A stretch of DNA of 63,473 bases, filler included, from Choristocarpus tenellus KU-1152 (taxonomy: Eukaryota > Protista > Phaeophyceae): NCBI GenBank assembly GCA_964200185.2. It is 8 parts of 8 records of this genome, joined end to end, with 100 filler letters (N's around TTAATTAATTAA, not from the genome) between each part and the next. Parts side by side here need not be neighbours in the genome. Positions count along the whole stretch, not along the records: positions 17,815 to 28,761 come from CAXNAD020002608.1; positions 28,862 to 56,578 come from CAXNAD020000139.1; 6 more parts are not named here. The stretch is one strand, 5' to 3'. Both the position numbers and the translations under genes were made by a program. This document shows, in pieces, positions 24,400 to 38,049 of this stretch. Below the pieces are notes generated by a model that worked only from the letters and a program-made list of their open reading frames with translations, was not told where the DNA came from and ran no database searches. Position 1 is the stretch's first letter. Each line of letters begins with the position of its first letter.

Positions 24400-27300
24400 A
24401 GTCCAATATTCCGTTTCGCAGCCCAACGGCTTCTCCTCCGTCCTGAAGGGTGCTTAACAACACCCACCTGGGCCTACTCCTACTGTTGAACAATCGCACG
24501 GAGTGATTTGCTTGTGCTTTTCGTTCTAAATGCTGCTCTCCACTCACCTTTCCTCGTTTGTCGAACTGAACGGAAAGATGAGATGCAGATGCTGATATTG
24601 CCAACTATACCGAAGTAGATGGGTCACTGGGTTCGGAATTACAAACCGAAGATTCAAGTTCCGAGTTCCATATGCAATAGCTCAAACAGGTCTCCATCAG
24701 CATATCGTCCACTCCTTACATTGTGTGCCTGTAGTCAATTGAAGACACGGAATACTTCCAGGTTTCAGCTTTACCATCCACTGCATTTCAGATATGGGAC
24801 TTGAGGGAAATAAATCCAACTCATGGTTTGGGCATTAGAAAAGTTTGAATAGGTCGATTTGGCTACGCGTCTATGTACCCGTTATACAAAAATCGTGCAG
24901 GATGAGGAGACTAATGAGCGTCAGTGTAGGGGTGAGGTGAGTCTTTGCGATAGTTTCATAGTCAAAGTGAGGGAGATGACGAACACTCCATCAGCTGAGC
25001 AAATTTGATAACTTCACCCAATCAGAAGCAACACCTGCCACATACACCGGAGTAGATGCTCACAGTTAGTCTACAATACTTTTTGCTAGACCTCTCCTCT
25101 ACCATCACCCATCAACTAGTACTTCCAATCGACTAGTTCTTAGTGGTGTTGCAATTGTGTCTTGTCTGCCACTCTTCTGGGTTCAATTCTACATCACTGT
25201 TGGACATAAGACCAATGAGATCTGATCCTTTTCAAGATCAAAGAAGATTGACAATCAACAATGGAAGAACTAGACTGTCAAACAGATAAGGTTTGTTTCA
25301 TTTTTCACCAGGAATAGTTTCCAATATATAACTCAAGTCATTCATTGGTAGCTAACAACAATAAGAACCTTCTGTCTGTAATATGGAAGAGTCGATGTTG
25401 ATATATTGAAAAATATATTTTTCATGCGTCTGCAGTCAAGGTTTTGGGGATGATGCAGAATAATGTGGAATTTGCATATCTCCGAGGGGATGTACCACAG
25501 AGAATATTCCATTTTTATAGGTTGTAATATCAACCTAAACGATATACACCAAATAGTAGACCAGTTCAAAGTAATGGTACACTAATAGAAATGTGTGTGA
25601 GTTCTATGAGGGAACGTTAACAGAACCTTTTCTCTACCTTCCAACTAGTGAGAATCGTTAGTCCTGATGCGCTTATTCAGTCAATGAAGCCTTCCTCTCT
25701 CTGTTGCACATCCATGGTAACCCAGGTTGTGTTTGCTATACTTTGAGTTTGTCACCTGTGTGGAACAAGACAAGGCATGTTGGTTGTCGGAGACAAAAAA
25801 CTCACAATCCAGTGTCGCAAGGCCTTTTGCTTGTTGTGAATGAACAGTGATTGAGATGGTAGGTTTGTTATTTTTAGTTATCAGACAAAAACAACTTGAA
25901 AATAAAATTCTCCTTACTCAACTTCATCCTTCACAATTGTCCGAGCAGGTCGCCCAATGGATACATAGAACTTATCACGGGGTAAAATGTGAATGGGCCT
26001 TGTTGTCCTCCCTTCGCAGAAGCCGTGTGGACAACAACATAGGTGTAGTCCAAGGTCGGCAACCAACGAACCAGACGTGTACAATTGCTGGTCTCTTGGG
26101 AATAGTTGAAATACACATGTATTTCATGCCGCTTCAGGTAAGCGCTACCGTCCCACGCCGTACAGGTAGCCCCTGAATGTATCGAATTTTCTCATTTTTA
26201 CTGATTCCCATGTGCTTCCCCCAACCATTAGGGGTCATGGATATAACGATGATCTAGCGCAATATGGTTTAGGTTGCAGATCCAGTCGTAGAAGTAGCTT
26301 TCTTTCATGCAGCCGTTGGAGAACGGAGACATCAAACCGTAACTCCACGCTTCTGGATACACGTCAGCTGAGGATGAAAGCCCGATGTCGTTCACTTCCT
26401 GGGAAAGAAGCTGTCCAACAGAAGTAGACCAACAACCAGAGCCCTGGAAATGACCATAGGATGATGATAAAACATTCGAGTATGTGTCTACTCTGCCCAC
26501 TTTGTGAGTCAAGATTGAGATACAGCGGTACTATATAAAGTCCCCCGCCTCTGATTTTTTGAAAATGATGTGTCTCCTCCAGTCAATCTGTGTATCTACT
26601 TTCCCACTGGATCAAACCCATGCCAAGAAATAATTGAAGGAACGAGTCACTGCCATGGGCCATGAAGGAATATATCACCTTGTCGCTGGACAACTACAAA
26701 TTTAGATTTGTTATAAGCCACTTTTTATCCGTGGGTCATGGTTCTGATCTTCCCCACCTAGTTCTGCAGTGATCATCTCAACGCATAATAGATTTTCCCA
26801 TCGAACCCCGCAGGATCTCACTCTCTTGTCCTCTATCTTCTCGTCATCCCAAGTCGAGAAAGCAGATCACTTCAGTCGAAATTTGAACTCTCGGCCCCGG
26901 ATTTGTAAAAGTGAAATACAAATGTGAGACTTGTAATGGGTAAAAGGCGATTGAGACAGTCACTGGAGGACTAACTGACGCTGGTAGGGTGTTGTCCAGT
27001 GGATCAAGCTGGGTAGCATGCTGGCTCTGATTTTATCAGTCCATTTACATAATACTCAATATTATCGTCATGAAGAACTAGTTTTGTCCGAGATCAGTGC
27101 CTTGCTTCAGAGCATGGATATCTCAATATCTTGTCAGGAAGCTATCATAATGTCCAAAATGAAAAATGTTGAGGTTCTAGCTCCAGGTGAAGGTTGGTGG
27201 CCGACTCTCCGGTGCCGGGGCGCCCGTTTGGTTGAAGGTTAAAAGTTTTGAAGCAACATTTTCTCGGTCAAGGTACGAAATCATTCGATGGCTTCCATCA
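24400..27300 (-). mobile_element. Highly degenerate Ty3/gypsy pol relic
   Basis: RNase H C-terminal-like text AYLKRHEIHVYFNY..RLVRWLPTLDYTYVVVH..(G)EDNKA near 26150-25990, and SSADVYPEAWSYGL near 26370. Many stops and frameshifts; boundaries approximate. Confidence 0.45.
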
Positions 27301-28109
27301 ATTAGATCACCCTTTGTTTTGGTTCTTTTGGAGCAGCTCCTCCTAACCCATTTTTCAAATATGTGCTAGTCCTACAAATGTATAAAAACTGAAAAGTAGC
27401 GAGTCTTTGCAAGAAGACCACACAGAAGGGAGAACCTCCCCTAGACAAAAAACAATCCCAACTTTCCTCTGATGTGGTCAACTTAAATCACCGCCTCGAG
27501 CAAATAGCCGAGGCTACCTTTGAATCCCTGAGGTCGAAATACCTATCCATCACTTGCATCTTTGTTCCGAGACGACGAACAATAATCGGCACTTCGATTC
27601 AATAGTCCATTTTAGTTTTATTATTTATAATAATATAATAATCGTTTTGATAAATTAAAAAAGGAAGGCATTCCTCGTGTGGGTTACATCGAGTACAGGA
27701 TGTGCATGTTGAGATATTCAATCTTGGTTGGAACACTCAATAATGCCTTCCTGTTCCTTCATGTACGACTGGTGGTTGCGGAGATAGTATGAGGGTAATC
27801 TTCCACCCTTCCCTCTCATGGTCCCGTTGAACAACAGACAATACTTGAAAAACTTTGAGCTTACTCCTCTCCAGCGCACAGGTCGCTTAAATATTTCTAA
27901 GGATAAAAGTGTTGAAGGTATTTTGTTCTGTTGCAAAGTGTAGGTGGGTGTGAGCAACTCAGCGATGATGCAATCAGAGGGTTGTTTTGGGGCAAACAAC
28001 TTTGTTTATATACACGTAGAGGTATTGCACACACACGAAAAATTAATTTGACACAGAAAGGTGCATCCGTTTTAAGGTATGAATCAAGTAGGTGGTCCTA
28101 TCTGGTAGA

Positions 28110-28388
28110 GAGCCAGAGTATACGGGAGGTACCCAGGTTTTGGTCGTTTTGCATTTTAAGGCAAGTATTCAATTCTTTCGCTTTATTCACCCCCCTATTT
28201 ATATGGACGAAGTGCTAAGATATTGACTTGGAGAATGTTAATTCCTGTATTTGTTTTGAAAAATTTCAACACAAATTCAGAAAATATCCTAAACGCGTTT
28301 GTAAAAAAAAAAGAAGATAAATTTTGTGCATTATTTTGTCAGCATCTTTAAAAATGCAACTCTGGGCACGTCTCATTTACTCTGACTC
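28110..28388. mobile_element. MITE family D, TSD AGA
   Basis: GAGCCAGAGTATACGGGAGGTACCCAGG ... CTCTGGGCACGTCTCATTTACTCTGACTC. Homologous to 39271-39518. Confidence 0.8.
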
Positions 28389-28986
28389 AGAGTGAACACA
28401 ATTGTACGGTTTTTTTTTTAAGTTCAGGACCCTTTAAAAGAAAATTCCATCGCAACACTATGCAAAGAAAATAAAAATTAGGGTTCTTTTTTCTATCCCC
28501 GTGAAATCCTTTCCCAAAAAATTCTTTTTGAAGATTTTAAAAGATCCCTGTCTTGTCATCTGTTTTTCAGAAATGCTACCTGTGGACTGGCTCTACAATA
28601 CCCTCCTTCCTTACCGGTCATCCCCGCTATCAATATGACAATATCTAGGAGAAAATCAACAAGTTTCTTGTTCTTTTTCATGCTTGGGGGAGGGGGGGGG
28701 GGGGGGGGTTGCGGGGGTTTTGGTTTTTTTTGTTTTGGAGGTTTTTTTTTTCTTGTTTTTTNNNNNNNNNNNNNNNNNNNNNNNNNNNNNNNNNNNNNNN
28801 NNNNNTTAATTAATTAANNNNNNNNNNNNNNNNNNNNNNNNNNNNNNNNNNNNNNNNNNNNCTCCACCACAATGCTCCAAACCTTTTTTGTTTGAAAATC
28901 ACTTCATATATCTTAATACTCTGTAACAAACGCCCGCGCGCATGCGCGATTGTGTGTGTTTGGGGGGGGGGAGGGGAAAGAGTCAC

Positions 28987-31900
28987 CTGCAGCACAGTTC
29001 TCTCACTAGGCTTGATCTCCTGCCTGACATGCATCACGCGGTGGTGGCGTGGAAACCCCTCAATGTTGTATGCCGCCATATGTCTCAGCAATGTCGTCTT
29101 ACCAATACCATTTCTGCCAATGATACCATACTGCCAACCAGGGTTGCAGGGGGGGAGGAGGGGGTTGGGGGGGGGGGGGGCGGAAGGAAAGAACAAGCGT
29201 TTACAGATTAGGTTGTATCTATTTATTGCCTGAACTGTGTTCAAATACTGAAGTACCTGCAGGGGCATCTTTGACAATAATCCCTCGGGGTAGAATTGAA
29301 GCCTCTACATGCGGTCCACAGGTTGGATTGCAACCAACAGGGAAGAGAATATACATATATACAGTTGTTTTTTCTAATCATGAGAGCCTCACCCTGACCC
29401 TCCTCCGGTATGACATCACTTCACTCACGAGATGTATCACATCAAGCCAATTTGCACCTACAACAGTGATCATGGCTGCCCCGACCAAAACGCCTCACAC
29501 CCCACCGTACCCGACTTTTTTGTCTATCCTGTTGCCGTGCACTACTTACTCTTACTCCCTCCTATGCAGCACCTCATTAAAGCACACATGGGTACATACA
29601 CCGTGAAGGTGCTATTACAAAAGCTACATGGGTGTATGTACGTACTTCATTCAGAACACGTTATGCAGAGAGAGAACAAGGAGTACATACAGCCCCCACC
29701 TATTCAACTCAAGCAAACACACACACAACAAACACAAAGGATACAAGTGACGACCCCACCAAACAAGAGGTCACAGAACAACCCTGAATGCATTTGCCTG
29801 CAGCAGCCCTCCCCTCCCCCCAACCCTTCCAGTACAAAAAATAACAGATTCAGAACAGCGCAGTTCACCTCTAGCAGGCAGGTTATACATACATCCTCTC
29901 GGTAACTACACAGCTGCAATGGTAGTCACAATATGACCCCTCAGTTGATTTTCCACTACATGAGAGATAAAGAGTGATTCTCACTATGCGTATCCCCATC
30001 AACATTGCATGGGAAGGGGATGGGGGGGGCGGGAGGGGGGTGTCTCACATCGATCTGAGAAGGTGTGCTGTTGAGGGTGCTGAAGTATACCGCTACGACA
30101 ACAGCTACTTCGAAGTGTAAGAGGATTGAATGCTACTGTATACCTATGTTTCATAGATGGAGTTCATTGCAAGACTGGAGGCGTGTGCGATGTGAGTCTT
30201 ACCCGCCACGCATCAGTGAAACGGTCGAATTCGCGAGGATCTCCACCAGAGCTCAATCGCCAAGCCACAAAACAGATCCACTCTCCACCCTACACAACAG
30301 CCTATCACACCCCTAGCTGCCCATGCCTCACTCAGGCGAAGGGCAGTTGAAGGGGAACGGTAGGGTCATGAACTCACCAAAGAAGACGAGAGACAAGCAA
30401 GACCCAAGCCAAAATCAGGAGGTCAAACCAATTGAATCATCAGAGGTTGGTTCTCGTACAACGGATTGCCGTCAATAAATAGTGCACCCTCTCTCTGCTT
30501 CTTCCCCTTATAAGAAATAAAAAATACATACAGTATAATATAATATAATATAAAACAATGTAATACACACACACACACATATATATATATACATGCATCA
30601 CCTTTCGTCCATATGCAAGCTTTAGATCGGCCCCCTCAAGAAGCTCCTGCCCTCCAATAGAGATGCCGAAGTTTCGAACGTGTATGTCCCTCTCGTTGTT
30701 GCCACTGCTGTAGTCAGGTAGGACCTGCATGCTGATATCCTCCTCTCCATCGTCTGCACCAGTGCCCGTAAGCAGCTCGATCTCCTGGCAGTTACAACAG
30801 CAGCAGCAGCAGCAACAACAACAACATGAGAAGGAAAATTGTCAACAGAGCAAATCAAGGTTTCACACACAACCTAACTTCCATGCATGTAAAAGAGAGC
30901 ACGGACTGACAACAAGCAGCAGTATAGGACTAGAGGGAGGTCGAGTACGGTGGTGCAGGCGTGTAGCTCCTCTACAGATGGGGGCCGCGTGCATGAAGAG
31001 GTTGGATGTGCCAGGGGTTTGAATGCATCTTGCAATTCTCGTGCTGGCACTAACACCGTGTTAGCCTCTTCATGATTAGCCTGAAATTGGTGGGAAAAAC
31101 CTAGAATATGCTGTGTTTGTTGTACTGCAACGATAGTAGTGACGATGTAGTAGCATTAGGGTACTAGGGATAGGGCAGGAATAGGGTTAGGGTTAGGAAG
31201 AACTTCATTTATTTATTTTTTACTTGGAGTACACCTTACCACACAGCTTAGGGTCACTTTGCATGCAATTTCCACTGCATCATAAAGCACAGAGAGGTAC
31301 TGAAGTTCAACGGCACCCATTTCTTCAAGTGGTATTCCTATCCTTCTGCAGTGTCTAATGGAGTTCAATGGAAACGTGCAATGATCAAGCTATTTCCTGG
31401 GGGGGAGGGGAACTGTTATATAAAATATGTTCTTAGGTTTTAGCAGGCAGAGTACATGGAAGTACAAAAATGGTGAATGCAAAGACAGAGGCAGACAAGG
31501 CTAGTCTTTACACCAACGCCTAGGGAAGGAGGTCCTTGAACATAGAAACATTAACAAAAAAATATGGGAGTGCAAAAGGGAGGGCAAAAAGAGGGAGGTG
31601 GACAAACCCTGAGAAAGGCCATCTGCTCGCGCTCTGCTCGCCGAAGATCCTTCTTGCTGAGGTGCTTGTCATGGTCCATGGTCTGGTTATATTTGGACTT
31701 GTACTGTCAAAAACAACAACAACAACAAACATGCAAGGGTCGTGACCGCATCAAGCAGCAAGGTTAATAACCAGAGATTATGGGTGTGGGCTGAAGTGCA
31801 GCCTATGGATGGCGAACGTTCTCTGGGCCCAGTACACCGACTAGAATTTCCTCTCATAGTTCCGGGTGGTGAGAGTCAAGTGTACCTGATCCCTGGCATG

Positions 31901-32979
31901 ACAGAACCTCATCCGAACATTGGAAGCTCAACGTCAACAGTCCCACATCACATACACCCCACATTTAGCCCCTCCACGAAAAGTGCGAGATGGTTATCTC
32001 TGGGTGAAGCCTACCAATGGGATCAGGAAGACGCGGCTGGTCAATGTATCACTACCCATTTGACATGCAGCAGGCCTCCTTGGGCACGCGGAGCAACATC
32101 ATTTCAAAGGGTTAGCACTTTTCCTCTGCACAAAGACTCTAGTACCAGTTGTCGCTAACAATACTGAAGACCTTTCACACCTCTCAATCCCTATCCCCCA
32201 AACCCTTCTGTGCCCCCCCATGAACCTTGTCTGTCCCCCACATGTACTCCAAGGATTCCTTATCGGTTGTTTCCTGGTCCTTAATCTTCACTGGGGCATC
32301 CAATAGGCGGGGTTTGTCCGCAAAGTCATCATCCTTGACTTTAGTGCCAGCACCACCCATACCAAGTGCCTGGGTTATCAACCAGAGTGGTACACGCAAA
32401 GAATGTGGTCGTGTTGATGATGAAGTAGGGGTAGTAGCTTAACGAGGATGTGGGAGGCAAAGTAGGATGGCTTGTACAGCACTCGCCAGTATCTCAGTGC
32501 AAGAAACTTTGGTAACTCCACACCTAAGGTCAGCGTACACACCTCCTGCAGTTTTTTAGCAAGATCATTGCACTTCTCCTCCGCCTCCTCGTCAGTATCA
32601 GCAAAACCAGAGCTGAGCAAAAACTGTCCCACCTGCACGCATGTTGGGCGAAATCAATGCCATAAGGAATCAGGATGGAACGTATTTGAGTGGGGTTTGG
32701 GCGACCCATGTAGGCTGCATCTCCACAGATGCAGTCAGGCAGTTTAGTAGTTCCAACTTTACAGAATTTTCGCATCAGCAGGAAGTGAATCGCACAGCGC
32801 ACTATTCCGTTGCAGCTGGACTTCCAACGCACCGTCTCTGTGAGGTTTTTGGGGTCGCAACAATGACTGTCTGTGTCAGCCACAATCTCAGAGAGGTAGT
32901 CAAATATGTCTTCATCAAGGGCTTTCACTCCGCCAAGCTCGGCTTCCACGACCACCTGGATAGCTGCAGCATCTCCCAT
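28987..32979 (-). CDS. ABCF3: ABC-F family ATPase ABCF3/GCN20, 5' part (exons 32979-32833, 32632-32543, 32369-32226, 31703-31608, 30784-30602, 29130-28987); 3' part lost at contig end
   Basis: Spliced protein MGDAAAIQVVVEAELGGVKALDEDIFDYLSEIV...RDIHVRNFGISIGGQELLEGADLKLAYGRK/YGIIGRNGIGKTTLLRHMAAYNIEGFPRHHRVMHVRQE. It has Walker A GRNGIGKT and the typical ABCF3 N-terminus; all junctions are GT-AG phase 0. Confidence 0.92.
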
Positions 32980-34038
32980 CGTGGTGTGTGAGCTGGTCGT
33001 TTCTCCTTCACTTCCTTCCCAGCTCACTACAGATGGGGTACATTAACTTTGGAAGCTATGGTTTTTTAATCCTTTGTAGGCGTTTCAAGTGCAAACCATT
33101 TCCTCTCCTCCCCCTCAGCTCCAACTTTGTGCACAGGAAGTAGTATCAATGTTCAGCAGTTTTAGAAGGACGGGTCCAAGGCTGCGACCTCGAAGTAGTA
33201 TGGGTGCTCAAAAATTAGCAGTGCTTACTGTCGTTGGAATGGCCTCAGGTAATGGGGATGACTTGTTTTTATGTGTTGAGTTACCTACAAAGGAAGTGAT
33301 GGAGGATTGTGTATCCAACTCTCCCCAACCCTTTCGATATACTTCTAATCTTGGTCAGGTTTTTACATATTTAATGAATCTCTACGAGATGCGGCTGCGA
33401 GGGTAAAAGAAAAGCGGGCATTGGAGGAGGGCAACAAAGGACCTGTTCGAGGAAGTGATGCGGAAGGTTTTGGGCATGTGAACAAGGAGGGGTCCGACCG
33501 ATCGTAAAGGCCAAGAGGGACTTAGCCGTCATGTTTGCCAGGGGTATATCAGGTCGAAGATAAAACTTTAGGCCCACGTGTTTTGTCCGTGCTTTTCCAA
33601 CTTGCTGTTCTTGCGACGATCACCATTTCCCAGCATGAATTTCGGTTCATTGTTGCATGGGTATTCTATGTGGCACTCTTGCGATAGGTGAGTGTGCCAT
33701 GGGATACTGCTCAAAATTTAAGGGAAAATCATAATTTTCCCTATCATACCCTCCATGAAGACCCACTTATGCACATGATGGGGAAGGGAGCAGGAAGAAG
33801 AGACTAGCGACGAATAGTTGGGAGGGTGATCGAGGAGAGGAACATCTCTGCTTCATCCCAGTGGTTACATTTGCAAAGCCAAGTCAACGCTCCCAACCTA
33901 ACCTCTCAACAGTGCATACACTTGAACCCTTACACACTCGGGGTCGCACCTTTACTGCATCAATATGAGCTACTCTTTGCAACTTCCGTGTGAACGATAA
34001 CGTTGATATTGTTACGGTGTAGTGGGTGCTACACAAGC

Positions 34039-34217
34039 GGCTCAACGTATCTGTGGGGGGTGGCGGCTGTCCATTTAGGACCAATTTTTCCATGTCACGA
34101 TTTTTGGGTGATTTGGTTCCATACGTCGGATGGATAATGAAAGTGCACTTTTCGTGGATATGGACCGAATGGACACCCTGGTGTAGAACCCTCCCCCCTC
34201 CCCAGATACTTTGGGTC
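34039..34217. mobile_element. MITE family A, full copy, TSD AGC
   Basis: AGC|GGCTCAACGTATCTG ... CCCAGATACTTTGGGTC|AGC. Confidence 0.92.
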
Positions 34218-35045
34218 AGCAGATACAAAAGGGAGATTGTAATCATTGTTTTCTTACCTGAGTCTGGAGGTAGTAGCACTGCTCCAGTGCTAAAGATGGA
34301 ACACCAAATCAAACTATTTGTACACAAAACAAGGTAAGTTTGGTGACAACTTAATGTCATGGCTTTCTGTTTGGAAATGAGTAGGTAGTAGCATTTGTTC
34401 ATGATCAGACAACATCGCTTCATCACAGTGCATAGGACACTTTGATCGCCAAAAAAACACTTCAGAGAAGGGTCATCAAATTTACAAGAGGTTTTAACAC
34501 CCGTGTCAGATGATATGAAAAATTATCGCAATTTGGCACTTTTCACTTCTACTTGACATTCAACAATCAATAGCAGAGTCCCATGATGGGGGCTTCCTCA
34601 AGAGGAGCAACTTGGAAAATCATGGGAGGAAAAAACTTGACAAGATCCTTCCCCTCCCCCCTGAGCCTTCTAATATACTGATACCCTTACCGCTATCTCA
34701 AAACTTGCATCTGCATCATGTCTTGGAAAGTAGCCTATTCTAAAAAATTCATGGCAATGCCGTTAAGAGGTCTACAAAATCACAGCAAATGGTCATCTTC
34801 ATAAATAAAAAAAGGTACCTGTTTGTACAACAAAACCAACCTTCAGTGTACACTTTCACAACCTATCGTAGAAAAATTGGAGTCTTGCTATACAGATCAA
34901 AATTACAAAAAATATATAGTTAATTACCATGATTGGAAAATCTTCCAACTATGCTGAATCCCTCTCTTTGGTAAAAAGGCTTTGAACGTTTACAGCCCAC
35001 TTTTCATCCCCTCCTCCTTGACTCTTTCTGAGTTGAAGAGAGGAT

Positions 35046-37444
35046 TCACAAGTTTATGGAAGCAGATGCCTCCTCACTCACTTCATCACCCCATTTCGCC
35101 GCCAAGTACGCATCAAGAAATAGCTGCGCCATGTGAGTTATGATGCATGGGATTGTCATGAGGCCCACCGTACCTAGGGATCCTAGGTATGCAATAACAG
35201 TGACACTAACTGGGAGAGTTTTTTGTGACGCCATCATAACGACAGCCTTCATTTCTGGGCGACTCAGGTGAAGGATATAGTTGCACACTGGCCAATTTAT
35301 GGCCAAAAATCTGGAGGGGGGTGGGTTGGGTGGGGTTTAGACTTGCAGGGCAGGCAGTGATTGGGATGAGGAATGAGGAAGTGTGGAACCTGCAGCATTC
35401 GTTCACAATGCCGGATGTATCAACACAAAGTGCACACACACTGCAACATCTGCAGTAAGGCCCCTGCCATTACAATGCTCTGCAGTCGCACACCTGGTCT
35501 CGGAAGTTTCTCAGTCATGGTGAGGAGCTTAACAAAATCAAAATGAATGCCTCATCCCATCAATCTTCTTCACTCTGTCTATAGTAGCATTACACTGCTT
35601 TCCAACCTCACCACCTTATGCATCCTCCACCACTACCCTCACTGCTTGCTGTCAACCTCCCTCACTACAATCCCAACAGTCTGCACAGCATATATCCCAA
35701 AGAACTTGTTCATCTATCGCTATTCCCTCTCCCTTCTTGCTCATGTCGAATCACACACACATAGCCGAAATTGCTGAATACCAAACAAATTACAGCAACC
35801 AGTCATTGCCCTCACATGAGATGGAGTATAACCCCAGCGGCTATGACGGTCAGAATCTGTTCAAATGGTACAGAAGTAATGTCCTCCTGTGCTCGGCTCA
35901 GTGTCTGCCACACTACCAAGATGAGCATTACGCTGTTGGTAATACCTATCTGTTCCCTCCAGTTGGCCACCCATTCCTTAACCCCAGGAACCATCTCCCT
36001 GAACATCTTTCCCACCACCAGCGGGATCAGCACACTGACAATCTGCGGTTTTCATTGTGAAAAGTCCACCCCACCAGTGGAATGTTTCGAGGGTCAAAGT
36101 CATTCGGAGGAAGTGTCATTATTCTGATGTGGCCACATATGTTGCATCATTGATTAATGGCATTTAATATACTTGTTCAGATAATAGTTCAGGGTCAAAG
36201 TATCTGGGGGGGGGGTGCCGGCGTCCATTTTTCACCCTTCTCTCGATTTTCACTTTTTGGCGTGCTTTGGTCGCACGTGTCGGNNNNNNNNNNGTTGTTT
36301 GACCGAAACGGACGCCCCCTCACAAACCACCCCCCACCCCCCCCTCAGATACTTTGACCCTTCACTCGTTGCAACAACGTCCATTTGTTCTTGAAGACAA
36401 GTATTGGCGTAGATTAGGTATAGAAGTATATCCTGCACAAACAAGGATGGCCTTGCCATGGGTTAACCTCACCAGCTTCACCAATAGGTCGACTGCGTCA
36501 ATGTCATCCCCTGCTTTTAGCACCGCCTTTACGAGGAAGGGCGTCGTCGCGACCCCAAGAAGATTAGTCGTCACGGTCAGTAGAAGTGCGAGGGCATCGT
36601 TTCCACCAGCCTGCAGTAGATGTGTAAACGATCCGTAGGTTTCAAGGGTTTCAAATAGTGGCATTATGGCAAGGAGTTTGAGGGGCATTCAAAGGAAGGA
36701 TATCACCACAAGCGCTTCCTACAAAGAGGACAAAAAGTGCTGCCCCCACCAGCTCCGTTTTCTAGCACGTTGTACAAGAGGATCCCATGAATCAACCGAT
36801 GAGTCTCCCAAGCCGAACCCCACTACCTCGAGTGGGTTACGGTGAATTCTTGATCCACCGCCACCATTTCGCAACCATATCACCACCATTATATTGCTAC
36901 AGAGAGCCAAATGACTAAATACCAGAGAGAGCATGTAGGAGAGGAGCGAGAGGTCTCAGACTTGCAAGAAATGTCAAGACACGGTCAATTGTGGAAAAAA
37001 GGTGATCAATTATTCATTCGTGCATTCAGGTTTGGTTTATTGCTTCACCTGTGCGACCTGTGTTATTCCTGTCGAAAGCGTTGTCGGCACAACACAGAAT
37101 ACAGCCAAACCATAGGAGAACTCCTTCACTGCAAAAGGTATCTCCACGGCGACGAAACCCAGGCAAGCCGTAATACCCAATACGGACACCACTCCATAGC
37201 CGAATGCTACTCTCCCGTCCTTGCTCACAGCCTTCTTAATGTCGTCGGACTTGAGAGTCACGCCAGATAGGAAAAAGATTATGATCACGTTGATCGTCTG
37301 CACCACACGAAACCCAGCGAACTCTGGCTTCGCTACAATTTTTCCTGGTGAAGGCCACAAGAGTGATAGAATGAGTGCAAAAAGGAACCCCAGAGCTAGG
37401 AAGTTCTTGAGAATACAGGATCGCGCTTGTTGGCCTCGTGACAT
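35046..37444 (-). CDS. Bile acid:sodium symporter family (SBF-like, BASS4-type) Na+/metabolite cotransporter; exons 37444-37049, 36610-36473, 36042-35816, 35310-35046 (may splice on at 35082)
   Basis: Multi-TM protein with IIFFLSGVTLKSDDIK, GLAVFCVVPTTLSTGITQVAQ/AGGNDALALLLTVTTNLLGVATTPF and ASQKTLPVSVTVI, motifs of SBF-like/BASS4 transporters. A strong GTGAGT donor after ..KWGDE suggests an unplaced last exon. Confidence 0.88.
36192..36360. mobile_element. MITE family C in transporter intron 2, TSD TTCA
   Basis: Perfect 15-bp TIR GGGTCAAAGTATCTG / CAGATACTTTGACCC, flanked by TTCA on both sides. Confidence 0.9.
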
Positions 37445-38049
37445 CGTCTCATTTCACAAGGGAACAAAATTATTGTATTGAGATGGAAAACATTACACTT
37501 TCAGAAAAGGCGGCATAACCATATGTACCGAAATAGTGTACAACCAATGAGATGTCGCAAATATATATATACTCCACATAAACACATAATAAAATTAACT
37601 TGTAAGAACCTGTGAAATGGTCTTGAAGAACTTACCTCTGAAAGAACAAATGGAGAGAAGGGAGTTCCAGAGAAAAACTATTGGCAATCCCCGAAGAAAA
37701 ACTCAGTAGGTTTTAGACACACCTTCCTGATCAGCGGGTTTCACTTGGAGAAGAATCAATCAAACAGGTGGCACAGATGTGTGGGGGTTGGATGAAATAC
37801 ACTCCATTCTCCATGAAAGCCTGACATACCTCTGAAGTATAAATGGACAGGTCGTGACTGATGATAGATGTGACTTAGGGGCATATATATATATACACTG
37901 TATAATAGGTAGGTTTTTTGGAATGAAAAGGGTCATATTTCTCTTCCTCTTTCTGATAACTATCGAGAATGCCGCCTGTCGCTTCCTTCTCCTCGACAAC
38001 CTTTTTTTTTTCTGCCGACAATCCCATATTAAATAGTTCGAGGTATAAT

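Noticed and set aside
31182-31197. TAGGGTTAGGGTTAGG telomere-like repeats (also ~58070 and ~58578)
   Set aside because: Only 2-3 units, interstitial; not enough to call a telomeric feature.
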